This document shows positions 54,052 through 63,463 of a stretch of DNA of 64,000 bases, one piece after another. The notes under the pieces were generated by a model. It was given only the letters and a program-made list of their open reading frames with translations. It was not told where the DNA came from and made no database searches. Source of the DNA: an uncultured Gammaproteobacteria bacterium (GTDB taxonomy: Bacteria > Pseudomonadota > Gammaproteobacteria > Steroidobacterales > UBA11654); contig CACJRN010000001.1 in NCBI GenBank assembly GCA_902595845.1, positions 19,111-83,110 on the forward strand, written 5' to 3'. Each line of letters opens with the position of its first letter. Position 1 is the stretch's first letter. The translations under genes and the position numbers were made by a program.

Positions 54052-55488
54052 ATGCAAAACGTTGATGAAATTGTAAGATCCACATTGCTCGATCCCTATG
54101 GGATCGATGATTCTGATTTGCAAAGTATGCTCGGGCAGGTTATCTGCAGCGGCATTGAAATGGGCGATATATATTTCCAGAGTGCAGAAGCCGAGTCATG
54201 GACTTTAGAAGATGGTGAGGTTAAAAAGTCATCCTACTCAAGTAGACAAGGTGCGGGTTTCAGATCCATAATCGGAGAGCAAACAGGTTTGGCATATTCG
54301 GAATCTTTTGATAAACAATCATTAATGGCAGCTGCTAAGGCTGCATCAAGCATTGCAAAGGCAGGTAAGAATGCAACACTTCCTATCTCAAATGATAATC
54401 ATGAGAAGCCATACTATTCTTCCGAGAACCCAATCTTGTCAATTGATGATCTCAGTAAAATTGATCTACTGAATCGCTTGGATGCAAAAGTAAGATCACT
54501 CGACCCCAGAGTTACAGAAGTTATTGCTTCACTTGCTGGAGGCCATGGTTGTGTTTTGATTGTCAACCAAGATGGAAAACTAGCCACTGATGTCAGGCCC
54601 ATGGTCAGGTTGAGTCTCAGTGTCATAGCAGAGTCCAATGGTCGACTAGAAAGAGGAACAAGTGGTGGCGGAGGCAGAATGACTTACGAGTTCCTAGACG
54701 ATGATCAATTGAGTAAATATGCCAAAGAAGCAGTAGACCAGGCTTTAATTAATTTGGAGGCTGATGAAGCCCCTGCAGGCGAGATGACAGTCGTACTTGG
54801 TTCTGGCTGGCCTGGCGTATTGATACATGAAGCCATTGGTCATGGATTAGAGGGAGATTTTAATCGCAAAAAAACATCAGCATTTTCTGGGCTCATGGGA
54901 GAAATGGTAGCATCACCTGTCTGTACCATAGTGGATGATGGGACAATTCCGGATGCAAGAGGTTCTTTGAATATTGATGACGAAGGCAATCCAACCGAAA
55001 GCACTGTCTTAATTGAAAATGGAAAATTATGCAATTACATGCAAGACAATTTAAATGCAAAATTGATGAATACCAAATCAACAGGAAATGGGAGGCGCGA
55101 ATCATATTCTTCCCAGACCATTCCGAGAATGACCAATACATTCATGCTGGCCGGAGAACATGATCAAAAAGAGATCATAGAATCAGTTGATAAAGGTCTA
55201 TATGCCAAAAATTTTGGTGGTGGCCAGGTTGATATCACTTCTGGAAAGTTTGTTTTTTCTGCTAGCGAGGCTTATGTGATTGAAAAAGGCAAACTGGGCA
55301 AACCAGTCAAAGGCGCAATGCTCATTGGCGATGGCCCATCAGCTTTACATCAGGTTTCAATGGTAGGAAATGATTTAGCATTGGATCCCGGAGTAGGTAG
55401 TTGCGGAAAGGATGGACAAACCGTACCAGTCAATGTCGGTCAACCAACAATGAGAATTGAAAAACTCACTGTTGGAGGAACAACGTAA
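54052..55488 (+). CDS. tldD: Metalloprotease TldD
   Basis: 478 aa with the HEAIGHGLEGD zinc motif. Confidence 0.93.
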   Translation: MQNVDEIVRSTLLDPYGIDDSDLQSMLGQVICSGIEMGDIYFQSAEAESWTLEDGEVKKSSYSSRQGAGFRSIIGEQTGLAYSESFDKQSLMAAAKAASSIAKAGKNATLPISNDNHEKPYYSSENPILSIDDLSKIDLLNRLDAKVRSLDPRVTEVIASLAGGHGCVLIVNQDGKLATDVRPMVRLSLSVIAESNGRLERGTSGGGGRMTYEFLDDDQLSKYAKEAVDQALINLEADEAPAGEMTVVLGSGWPGVLIHEAIGHGLEGDFNRKKTSAFSGLMGEMVASPVCTIVDDGTIPDARGSLNIDDEGNPTESTVLIENGKLCNYMQDNLNAKLMNTKSTGNGRRESYSSQTIPRMTNTFMLAGEHDQKEIIESVDKGLYAKNFGGGQVDITSGKFVFSASEAYVIEKGKLGKPVKGAMLIGDGPSALHQVSMVGNDLALDPGVGSCGKDGQTVPVNVGQPTMRIEKLTVGGTT

Positions 55489-55489
55489 T

Positions 55490-55972
55490 TTAGCTAAGAT
55501 CAGCAGCCAAAACTTTGTCAGCTTGTTCTTTTCGGTAATTCTTTAATTTCTCTGATAGATCATCATCATTCACAGCCATCATTGCTATAGCAAAAAGCGC
55601 TGCATTGACGGCACCTGGTTTACCAATCGCGACCGTTCCAACTGGAATCCCTGGAGGCATTTGTACTATGGACATTAGGGCATCCATTCCATCAAGGCTG
55701 CCAGCATTAAGAGGCACTCCAATTACGGGTGTTGTGGTTAATGCTGCAACAACTCCAGGAAGGGCTGCGGCTAATCCAGCACCTGCTATAAATGCTTTTA
55801 CTTTCTGTTCCTCGCATTCTCTTATGAATTCTTCAAGCTCTTTTGGTGTTCTGTGAGCTGATAAGACTCTACTCTCTGCTTTTACGCCAAATTGATCCAA
55901 CATTTTTTGTGCGTTTGACATCACATCCCAATCGGAAGCTGATCCCATTACAATTGCTACATCTATGCTCAT
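55490..55972 (-). CDS. purE: 5-(carboxyamino)imidazole ribonucleotide mutase
   Basis: The in-frame ATG at 55972 gives MSIDVAIVMGSASDWDVM..., a 161-aa PurE. The longer listed ORF (to 56140) would overlap pmbA. Confidence 0.93.
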   Translation of the reverse strand: MSIDVAIVMGSASDWDVMSNAQKMLDQFGVKAESRVLSAHRTPKELEEFIRECEEQKVKAFIAGAGLAAALPGVVAALTTTPVIGVPLNAGSLDGMDALMSIVQMPPGIPVGTVAIGKPGAVNAALFAIAMMAVNDDDLSEKLKNYRKEQADKVLAADLS

Positions 55973-56042
55973 ATTGAAACTCCAGAAAATTTTTTTAGAA
56001 AGGTTAGGTAGGGTAGAATAGCACATTAAATTTGTTTTAAAA

Positions 56043-57365
56043 ATGGACCAAATGCAACATATAGACATCGCATCTAGGGCGCTAAAATACGCCAGAAAAA
56101 ATGGGGCAGAAGAAGCTTCAATAAAGCTCTCAATGGGCAATGGGTTTTCCGTTGTATCTCAGAATCAGGTCATTGATGTAGTTGAGCAATTCAATGATCA
56201 AAGTTTTTCAATTTCAGTATACATAGGTAAAGCCATAGGAAGTGCTAGCACCAATGATTTCTCAGAACAACAGATTCATGCAACGATCGATAAAGCATTG
56301 AGTTTGTCGAGATTGACTGAAAAAGATGATTGTAATGGATTAGCTGAAAAAGAATTGATGGCAACTGAAATCAAAGATTTGGACTTATACCAACCATCTG
56401 ATTTGAGCATCGAAAAAGCTAAAGAAATGGCCCTTCAATGTGAGGCTGCAGCGTTTGAAGCCAATGAATCGATAATTAATTCTGAGGGCGCGACAGTGGG
56501 CTCATATGAGAATCAGTCTGTTTATCTTAATTCCCATGATTTTATCGGTGAGACCCAGTCAACAGGTCACAGTATCAGTTGTGTTGCGATTGCTGAAAAA
56601 GAAGGGCAAATGGAAATGGATTACGACTATTCAAGTACCAGAGGACTTGATGATCTTCGAGATCATATAAGTATTGGTTATTCAGCAGGCAATAGGGCTG
56701 CGAGTAATCTAGGATCAAGAAAGCTAAAAACACAAAAAGCGCCTGTTTTATTCTCACCTAGAGTTTCTAAAAGTCTTTTCAGCCACTTTTTGAGTGCAAT
56801 CAGCGGTACAAGCCTATATAGAAAGTCATCTTTCTTAGTGGATAAAATCGATCAAGAAATTTTTCCTAACTTTATTCAAATACATGAAGATCCGCATTTA
56901 ATGAAGGGGTTTGCTAGTACATATTTTGATGCCGAAGGAGTACAAACCAAGCCAAGAGAGTTAATTCAGGATGGATATTTAAAGGGTTACTTGCTTTCCA
57001 GTTACTCAGCGAGAAGGTTGGGGATGAAAACCACTGCAAATGCAGGGGGGCATCACAATATCAATGTTGAGAAATCTGTTGATGAAGACCTAAATGAGAT
57101 CATCAAAGGGATGCAATCTGGGTTCTTAGTAACAGGATTGATTGGGTCTGGTGTGAATATTGTCAATGGTGATTACTCTAGAGGGGCCAATGGATTTTGG
57201 ATCGAGAATGGAGAGATTGTTTATCCAGTGAGTGAAGTAACAGTCGCTGGAAATTTAAGTGAGATGTTTTCAAAAATACAAAAAATTGGTAATGATCCTG
57301 AAACAGATGGATCAGTATTCTGTGGAAGTGTTTTAATTGATGATCTTATGATCGCAGGTGAATAA
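56043..57365 (+). CDS. pmbA: Metalloprotease PmbA (TldE)
   Basis: 440 aa, PmbA/TldD-fold family lacking the HExxH motif. C-terminus has GDYSRGANGFWIENGEI. Confidence 0.88.
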   Translation: MDQMQHIDIASRALKYARKNGAEEASIKLSMGNGFSVVSQNQVIDVVEQFNDQSFSISVYIGKAIGSASTNDFSEQQIHATIDKALSLSRLTEKDDCNGLAEKELMATEIKDLDLYQPSDLSIEKAKEMALQCEAAAFEANESIINSEGATVGSYENQSVYLNSHDFIGETQSTGHSISCVAIAEKEGQMEMDYDYSSTRGLDDLRDHISIGYSAGNRAASNLGSRKLKTQKAPVLFSPRVSKSLFSHFLSAISGTSLYRKSSFLVDKIDQEIFPNFIQIHEDPHLMKGFASTYFDAEGVQTKPRELIQDGYLKGYLLSSYSARRLGMKTTANAGGHHNINVEKSVDEDLNEIIKGMQSGFLVTGLIGSGVNIVNGDYSRGANGFWIENGEIVYPVSEVTVAGNLSEMFSKIQKIGNDPETDGSVFCGSVLIDDLMIAGE

Positions 57366-57370
57366 AGAGT

Positions 57371-58246
57371 TTACTCAGCGATTTGTTTGAACGCATTTTT
57401 ATATTTCGACGCTGTATTATCAATCACTTCTTGAGGCAATTCGGGTCCTGGTGCCGTTTTATCCCAATCCAGTGTCTCTAGATAATCTCTAAGATATTGT
57501 TTGTCAAAGCTTGGCGGACTTGATCCCAGCTCATAATTCTCAATGGCCCAAAACCTTGAGGAGTCTGGAGTTAGAACCTCATCAATCAGATAAAGCTCAC
57601 CATCACCGTCTAATCCAAATTCAAACTTGGTATCTGCAATGATAATCCCCTTTTCTTTAGCGTGATTCACTCCAAAGTTATATATATCAATTGCAATTTT
57701 CTTCACTCTGCTTGCGAGCTCTTCGCCGATTAAGTCGACCGTTTTTTCATAAGAAATGTTTTCATCGTGTTCACCTACCTCAGCTTTTGTTGCAGGTGTG
57801 TAGATCGGTTCTGGTAATTTTTGCGCCATTTGGAGCCCTTCTTCTAATTCAATCCCGCACACAGAGCCAGTTGCTTGATAGTCCTTCCATCCAGAGCCTA
57901 TGAGATATCCTCTCACAACTGCCTCAATTGGAAGTGGACTGAGTCGCTTAACTATCATGCTTCTTTTTGAGAAATAATCGAGTTGATCAGGACTATCAAG
58001 AAGATCAACAAGATCGAGATCGTCAGTCATATGATTTTTTACAATCGATTGTGTCTTTTCAAACCAAAACTCTGAGAGCTGAGTTAGCACTTCGCCTTTG
58101 CCTGGGATTGGGTTTGGAAGAACCACATCAAACGCAGACATTCTGTCTGTGGTCACGATGAGTAAGTGGTCAGAATCCACCGCGTAAATGTCTCTAACTT
58201 TGCCTCTGGCTACGAGTTCGAGATTTTTTAATTCTTTAGATTGCAT
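57371..58246 (-). CDS. purC: Phosphoribosylaminoimidazole-succinocarboxamide synthase (long form)
   Basis: 291 aa with GKVRDIY and TDRMSAFD motifs. Confidence 0.93.
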   Translation of the reverse strand: MQSKELKNLELVARGKVRDIYAVDSDHLLIVTTDRMSAFDVVLPNPIPGKGEVLTQLSEFWFEKTQSIVKNHMTDDLDLVDLLDSPDQLDYFSKRSMIVKRLSPLPIEAVVRGYLIGSGWKDYQATGSVCGIELEEGLQMAQKLPEPIYTPATKAEVGEHDENISYEKTVDLIGEELASRVKKIAIDIYNFGVNHAKEKGIIIADTKFEFGLDGDGELYLIDEVLTPDSSRFWAIENYELGSSPPSFDKQYLRDYLETLDWDKTAPGPELPQEVIDNTASKYKNAFKQIAE

Positions 58247-58311
58247 ATGTCTATTTTATGGATAGAAATATCAGTAATCAACAATCTGTTTTTTTTCTTT
58301 AAAGAAAGAAT

Positions 58312-58340
58312 TTATCAAGCATAATAGGAACCGGTAGAAT
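58312..58340 (+). promoter_or_regulatory. Candidate promoter for rpe
   Basis: TTATCA (58312-58317), a 17-nt spacer, then TAGAAT (58335-58340). The -10 ends only 11 nt before the rpe ATG and there is no obvious Shine-Dalgarno sequence. Confidence 0.3.
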
Positions 58341-58351
58341 AATATTTACAA

Positions 58352-59032
58352 ATGACTAAAGAATTCAAAATTGCACCATCAATCCTCTCTGCTGATTTTG
58401 CTAGATTGGGCGAAGAAGTCGAGAGTGTAATCGCTGCAGGCGCTGATTTTGTTCACTTTGATGTCATGGACAATCATTATGTTCCTAATCTGACATTCGG
58501 CCCAGTGATTTGTAAATCCTTAAGGGATTATGGCATTGAAGCACCAATTGACGTGCATTTAATGGTGCAACCAGTAGATAGATTGATCGCCGATTTTGCT
58601 AAAGCTGGCGCAACATATATTACATTTCATCCTGAAGCTTCCGATGACATTGGAGGCACTTTAGATTTAATCAGATCAAATGATTGCCTGCCTGGATTAG
58701 CGATTAATCCTCCGACGCCCCTCAGTTATGTCGAGGAGTATCTCGATCAAATCGACATCATAACTATGATGTCTGTGAATCCAGGATTTGCAGGACAAAG
58801 TTTCATTCCTGAAGTGCTGGATAAGTTGACTGAGACCAGAGCGATGATCGAGAAATCAGGTCGAGAAGTTTTTCTAGAGATTGATGGGGGAGTGAAGGCC
58901 AATAATATTGGTGACATTGCTTCTTATGGTGCAGATGTTTTTGTTTCTGGTTCTGGTATTTTTGGGACAGATGACTATCGCGATACCATTGATGAGATGA
59001 GACAAAATCTCGCACCTCATTTGAATCAGTAA
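58352..59032 (+). CDS. rpe: Ribulose-phosphate 3-epimerase
   Basis: 226 aa with PSILSADF and [12 protein letters not shown] motifs. Confidence 0.95.
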   Translation: MTKEFKIAPSILSADFARLGEEVESVIAAGADFVHFDVMDNHYVPNLTFGPVICKSLRDYGIEAPIDVHLMVQPVDRLIADFAKAGATYITFHPEASDDIGGTLDLIRSNDCLPGLAINPPTPLSYVEEYLDQIDIITMMSVNPGFAGQSFIPEVLDKLTETRAMIEKSGREVFLEIDGGVKANNIGDIASYGADVFVSGSGIFGTDDYRDTIDEMRQNLAPHLNQ

Positions 59033-59048
59033 TTTTCCCAATATTTCA

Positions 59049-59077
59049 TTGAAAAAACCCATTTGGATGAGTAGACT
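59049..59077 (+). promoter_or_regulatory. Candidate promoter for rplM-rpsI
   Basis: TTGAAA (59049-59054), a 17-nt spacer, then TAGACT (59072-59077). Confidence 0.35.
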
Positions 59078-59110
59078 AGCCTCCTTTTAATAGGATATGA
59101 AAAGCTAATA

Positions 59111-59539
59111 ATGACGACGGTTTCAGCAAAAAAAGAAGACGTGATTCACGATTGGTACTTGGTTGATGCCAAGGACAAGACCCTCGGTAGGCTATCTACT
59201 GAGATTGCTCGTCGTTTGAGAGGCAAGCATAAGCCTATCTACACTCCGCATGTTGATACAGGGGATTATATTGTTGTAATCAATGCATCTGGTATCAAAG
59301 TTACCGGAAATAAAATGAAAGATAAGATGTATCATAAGCACACTGGATACATTGGAAACCTCAAATCAATGAACCTCGAAACCATGATGAATAAGAGCCC
59401 AGAGAGGGTGCTTACCAAGTCAGTAAGAGGGATGTTGCCAAAAACAAAGCTTGGCAATGCAATGATTAAGAAACTAAAAGTTTTTGCTGGGCCTGAACAC
59501 ACTCATGGCGCACAACAACCTCAAACATTGGAAATATAA
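59111..59539 (+). CDS. rplM: 50S ribosomal protein L13
   Basis: 142 aa with [27 protein letters not shown]. Confidence 0.97.
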   Translation: MTTVSAKKEDVIHDWYLVDAKDKTLGRLSTEIARRLRGKHKPIYTPHVDTGDYIVVINASGIKVTGNKMKDKMYHKHTGYIGNLKSMNLETMMNKSPERVLTKSVRGMLPKTKLGNAMIKKLKVFAGPEHTHGAQQPQTLEI

Positions 59540-59931
59540 TGGCTGCTGAAGTTCACTACGGTACTGGAAGAAGAAAGCGCTCAGTTGCGAGAGTTTTCAT
59601 TAAAAGAGGTAAGGGTGAGATTCAGGTCAACAAAAAGTCACTGGATGAATTCTTTGATCGTGAAACTGCACGAATGATTGTCAGACAACCACTAGAGCAA
59701 ACTGATCTTTTAGATAAGATTGATGTTATCGCTACTGTCAAAGGCGGTGGTGGAAGTGGTCAAGCTGGTGCCATCAGGCACGGACTCAGTCGAGCACTTC
59801 TTTCATATGATGACAATCTCAGATCAGCTTTAAGAGAAAGAGGATTCTTAACTCGAGATGCTAGACGTGTTGAGAGAAAGAAAGTTGGATTGAAGAAAGC
59901 GCGTAAGGCTACTCAGTTCTCTAAACGTTAA
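59539..59931 (+). CDS. rpsI: 30S ribosomal protein S9
   Basis: 130 aa with [14 protein letters not shown], ending ...[11 protein letters not shown]. Confidence 0.97.
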   Translation: MAAEVHYGTGRRKRSVARVFIKRGKGEIQVNKKSLDEFFDRETARMIVRQPLEQTDLLDKIDVIATVKGGGGSGQAGAIRHGLSRALLSYDDNLRSALRERGFLTRDARRVERKKVGLKKARKATQFSKR

Positions 59932-59933
59932 GA

Positions 59934-60833
59934 TCAAAAGACCTCAAGCATTCTCTTTTTTGCTTTCTCGTCAAGCATTCTCCCCATACCAGCCCTAGCA
60001 TTATCAAGCATGTTTTTGGGTTTTGATGTCGCAGGAATGATATTGGTTACTGCATCATGTGAAATGATGTATTTCAAGAAAAATTGACCCCAAGAATCAA
60101 TATCGTAATCGGTAACCCATGAGGGTAATTTTTTCTCCTGCGCTTCCCTGAATAATCTCCCTCTCATGAATGGCCTATTGATGAGTGTTGCTATCCCATT
60201 GTCTTTACAGAAAGGCAGGATCTTCTGTTCTGCCTCACGTTCACCCATTGAATAATTGAATTGTGCGAAATCAACTTTTTCTGCTTTCATTATTTTGATC
60301 ATTTCATCGAATGCATTGGATTTGTAATGTGTGATGCCAATATAGTCAATTCGACCTTTATCTTTGAGCGATCGGAGTGTTTTGATCTGCGTTTTCCAAT
60401 CAAGTAGGTTATGTACTTGGATCAAGCTGATTTTGTCGGTCCTCATTTTCTGAAATGATTCTTCAATTTGTCTCATTCCGTTGTCTCTGCCTTCAGTCCA
60501 AACTTTGGTTGCAAGAAAGAAACGATTTTTTTCTATATATTTCTTTGCAGTGATTCCAATGATTTCCTCAGACATCCCATACATTGGTGATGTATCAATC
60601 AGGCGACCACCATTTTCATAAAAAATGTCTAAAATCTTTTCTCTTACATTGAGTTCATTTTTAGATGGTTCAATATCAAAGACTCTAGAAGTACCAAGTC
60701 CAATCACTGGCATTTCCTCTCCAGAGGAGGGAATCACCCTTTTCAGCATTGATTCATTCAGCATTGATGCATTTGATAAAGTCGGCAGAAATGATAGCGA
60801 GCTCAGGGCTATAAAATCTCTTCGACTAAACAT
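59934..60833 (-). CDS. Aldo/keto reductase with twin-arginine (Tat) signal peptide
   Basis: 299 aa. The N-terminus [23 protein letters not shown] matches the S-R-R-x-F-L Tat motif plus an AxA-like cleavage site. The rest is AKR-like (LGTS..., YIGITHY). Confidence 0.75.
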   Translation of the reverse strand: MFSRRDFIALSSLSFLPTLSNASMLNESMLKRVIPSSGEEMPVIGLGTSRVFDIEPSKNELNVREKILDIFYENGGRLIDTSPMYGMSEEIIGITAKKYIEKNRFFLATKVWTEGRDNGMRQIEESFQKMRTDKISLIQVHNLLDWKTQIKTLRSLKDKGRIDYIGITHYKSNAFDEMIKIMKAEKVDFAQFNYSMGEREAEQKILPFCKDNGIATLINRPFMRGRLFREAQEKKLPSWVTDYDIDSWGQFFLKYIISHDAVTNIIPATSKPKNMLDNARAGMGRMLDEKAKKRMLEVF

Positions 60834-61495
60834 CAGTTTTTTATCTTGGTCTCTGGTCCTGATTCATTTCCAATGATCATTACATCAGCAGATCTTTTTG
60901 CAAATATCCCATTCGTAACAACCCCAGGGATATTGTTGATGTGATTTTCAAGATCAACTGGATCGAGAATCTTTAAATTATGAACATCCAAGATTAGATT
61001 GCCGTTATCAGTTATAAAATCATGCCTGAGCTCAGGTAAACCGCCCAGTTTAGTTAATTCACGAGCAACCAACGACTTTGCCATCGGAATCACCTCAACT
61101 GGTAGTGGAAACTTACCGAGAAGATCAACAAGTTTTGAGTTATCAATGATGCATACAAACTTTCTCGATGCTTCAGCAATGATTTTTTCTCTTGTGAGTG
61201 CGCCTCCACCACCCTTAATCATATGGAAATGCTCAGTGATTTCATCGGCTCCGTCAATATAGAGATCAGGTGAGCCAACAGAGGAGAGGTCGTCAACTCT
61301 GAACCCATTCTCTTCAAGCAACTTGGTGCTCGCCTCAGAACTCGATGTGACAGCATCTATTTTATTTTTAACACTCGGTAAGGCTGAGATTAAGTGATTC
61401 ACTGTTGAGCCGGTACCGACACCCAGAATGCAATCATCATCTATGAATTCTAAGGATTTTAAAGCTGCTTGTTTTTTTTGTTCTTCTGGATTCAT
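60833..61495 (-). CDS. rpiA: Ribose-5-phosphate isomerase A
   Basis: 220 aa with [13 protein letters not shown] and [11 protein letters not shown] motifs. Confidence 0.95.
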   Translation of the reverse strand: MNPEEQKKQAALKSLEFIDDDCILGVGTGSTVNHLISALPSVKNKIDAVTSSSEASTKLLEENGFRVDDLSSVGSPDLYIDGADEITEHFHMIKGGGGALTREKIIAEASRKFVCIIDNSKLVDLLGKFPLPVEVIPMAKSLVARELTKLGGLPELRHDFITDNGNLILDVHNLKILDPVDLENHINNIPGVVTNGIFAKRSADVMIIGNESGPETKIKN

Positions 61496-61523
61496 GAAAC
61501 TATTTTGACATATGGGTGAGGCT

Positions 61524-62087
61524 TTAGGAATGATAGACCTTATTTTCTGTTACAACATAATCAAGAGGAATGTCCCATTTATTGGGTTCAATTTGATTCA
61601 CTTTCTGAAATTCATAGGCTAGACCAATCAAATATGTCTTCTTTTTAGAATTATCCAGTGCAGAAAGTGCTTTATCATAAAAACCCGATCCCATACCAAT
61701 TCGATTGCAGTATTGATCAAAGACAACAAGAGGTATCAAAATAATATCAAGAGATTGAATGGGAATTTCTTTAGCTTCATTTATATCTGGTTCAGATATA
61801 CCAAATCGATTTTTTAAAAGTACTGAATCAGAACCATATTCATAGAATCTCAACGAGCCTTTATCGGTGACAGGAAGACATAGCTCTTTTCTTTCTGCCC
61901 AAAAATAATTTACTAGTTCTTCTGTATCCGGTTCATTTTGAAAAGAAGCAAAAATTGCAACCTTTGTTCCTTCATCAAGAATTTTGAGCGCAAGTAAATT
62001 CTTTGTGATTAATGAGCTTTTTTCATTGACCATGTCACCAGACATGCTCAATCTTTCTTTTTTCTTTTCTTTTCTGACCGTTTCCAT
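61524..62087 (-). CDS. ygfA: 5-formyltetrahydrofolate cyclo-ligase
   Basis: The in-frame ATG at 62087 gives a 187-aa product ([13 protein letters not shown]...) with GMGSGFYD and [11 protein letters not shown] motifs. The upstream part of the listed ORF overlaps the 6S RNA candidate. Confidence 0.85.
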   Translation of the reverse strand: METVRKEKKKERLSMSGDMVNEKSSLITKNLLALKILDEGTKVAIFASFQNEPDTEELVNYFWAERKELCLPVTDKGSLRFYEYGSDSVLLKNRFGISEPDINEAKEIPIQSLDIILIPLVVFDQYCNRIGMGSGFYDKALSALDNSKKKTYLIGLAYEFQKVNQIEPNKWDIPLDYVVTENKVYHS

Positions 62088-62096
62088 TTGTTTGGA

Positions 62097-62286
62097 AGAA
62101 GATGACCCACAATACCGTGCCCCATTTGTTGCTCTCAGGCCTGAGCAATAGGTGGGCTCTGACACATTAACGTAGGCTTCCCAATAAATGGTAATGCTCA
62201 ATATTAATGTAGACATTGATCCCTGTTTGTTTAATTAAGGGCCGAGAGGTCCTTCAATGAAACTCGAGTACCGCAGGCGATCTTCT
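62097..62286 (-). ncRNA. ssrS: 6S RNA (boundaries approximate)
   Basis: Sits between zapA and ygfA, as ssrS does in E. coli and Pseudomonas, and is about 190 nt. The 5' agaagaucgccugcgguac pairs, with wobbles, to the 3' gcacgguauugugggucaucuucu. It shares UUUCAU, GAGCAU and GAAGCCU strings with E. coli 6S as I recall it. A 3'-side hairpin is uugcuc...gagcaa. Confidence 0.72.
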
Positions 62287-62290
62287 GATC

Positions 62291-62629
62291 TTATTGTAGC
62301 TTTAAATCAATCCCAGAGTTAAGAGAATTTTCCACATCGTGAGATAAATTCTCAATCTTATTTTGGATCTCATCTAAATCCAATTCTGAGTCATACTCAG
62401 TTCTGATTTTTGAAGCCATTTCAGCATTGCCAGTGATGGCATCATTTGCGATATTCAAGGCTGCCATGACAGCTATTCTATTCACACCAAATGCGGTACC
62501 TTGATCGCTGATTTTCTTCATTGCTTCATGAACCATTTTTGCTGCTTTTATTAAATTGGCTTTTTGATCTGATGGACATTTGATGGTGAATTGCTCACCC
62601 ATGATTTCGATAGAAACGGTTTCGTTCAT
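62291..62629 (-). CDS. zapA: Cell division protein ZapA
   Basis: 112 aa with VSIEIMGEQFTIKCP...NRIAVMAALNIANDA, typical of ZapA. Confidence 0.9.
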   Translation of the reverse strand: MNETVSIEIMGEQFTIKCPSDQKANLIKAAKMVHEAMKKISDQGTAFGVNRIAVMAALNIANDAITGNAEMASKIRTEYDSELDLDEIQNKIENLSHDVENSLNSGIDLKLQ

Positions 62630-62856
62630 GCGAGAGGTTCTATCTCATCCAGACGACGCAGTACATTTTCCGCTTTGACTCTTGCTTGATCTTTAAGTGA
62701 TTCTAAGGATTGTACTGCTTGAATAAGCTCTTCATTCTTTTTGCTAAGCGTTTGATTTTCTGAAGAAAGCTTTTCTTTCTCTTGGATCAATTGACTGATT
62801 TTAATCTCCAATTTCTCGACTGAGGCTAGGAGTTCTTTTTCTGAGACCTTATTCAT
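62626..62856 (-). CDS. Small coiled-coil protein (TIGR02449-like partner of zapA)
   Basis: Heptad-rich 76-aa product from ATG 62856. The listed TTG start at 62892 would add 12 aa, so the start is uncertain. ATGA overlap with zapA. Same position as the small coiled-coil gene upstream of zapA in Pseudomonas, from memory. Confidence 0.65.
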   Translation of the reverse strand: MNKVSEKELLASVEKLEIKISQLIQEKEKLSSENQTLSKKNEELIQAVQSLESLKDQARVKAENVLRRLDEIEPLA

Positions 62857-62926
62857 AAGAGTTACTATAATTTGTCCTGAGCCATCGGTCAAATCAGTAT
62901 AATGTTTCTTGGAGATTATTAAAAAA

Positions 62927-63463
62927 ATGGATTTTGATAAACTAGATGAGCTAAGAAAAAGTGCCTCGATAGATATGAGCCTGCCTGAAACACATGGTGG
63001 GGTATGCTCTCAGATTTGTTTCCAGAGCGACCATTTTGATGAATTTGTCCCACTTGATAATTCTGATGATGGCTCTACTGTATCTGTCCAAATAGCAACA
63101 TATAGAAAAGCACTTAAGAAGATCATTGAAAGAGATCTAAATAAGCTCAAGGATGGAGATTTGAGCTTTGAATTGATCATTCCTGATGAGACCAATTCGA
63201 TTCAAGAAAGGGCAGAGGCGCTTTCTATTTGGTGCCAAGGTTTTGTAGATGGCGTCAGTTTCCTCATGACAGAGCATGACTTTAAAATTGATCAAGATCA
63301 GAAGAAAGAATCATTTGAAATCATTGAAGATTTTACGCAAATCTCTACACTAGACTCGCACTCAATCAGTGGTGAGGTCGATGAAGAACTTTCACTGATG
63401 GAGCTAATCGAATTTGTTCGATTAAGCGTGCAAATGATTTATGATGAATTTAGATCAGACTGA
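62927..63463 (+). CDS. ygfB: UPF0149-family protein YgfB
   Basis: ATG 62927 is preceded by GGAG at 62911-62914, and TATAAT lies at 62898-62903. Contains the ALSIWCQGFVDGV motif. Divergent from zapA and followed by pepP, as in E. coli and Pseudomonas. Confidence 0.8.
   Translation: MDFDKLDELRKSASIDMSLPETHGGVCSQICFQSDHFDEFVPLDNSDDGSTVSVQIATYRKALKKIIERDLNKLKDGDLSFELIIPDETNSIQERAEALSIWCQGFVDGVSFLMTEHDFKIDQDQKKESFEIIEDFTQISTLDSHSISGEVDEELSLMELIEFVRLSVQMIYDEFRSD

Noticed and set aside
55490-57365. tldD and pmbA are nearly adjacent, with purE wedged between them on the opposite strand. This was considered as a possible functional module.
   Set aside because: TldD and PmbA are known partners, and purE and purC are ordinary purine genes. 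Gene packing is the simplest explanation.
58294-58307. Perfect 14-bp palindrome tttctttaaagaaa in the purC-rpe divergent spacer.
   Set aside because: It is a low-complexity A/T palindrome in AT-rich DNA, does not resemble the PurR box, and could easily arise by chance.
62088-62216. N-terminal 43 codons of the listed 230-aa ORF (MSTLILSITIYWEAY...).
   Set aside because: They overlap the 6S RNA candidate. MTHFS homologues are about 180-190 aa, and the ATG at 62087 aligns with the family N-terminus.
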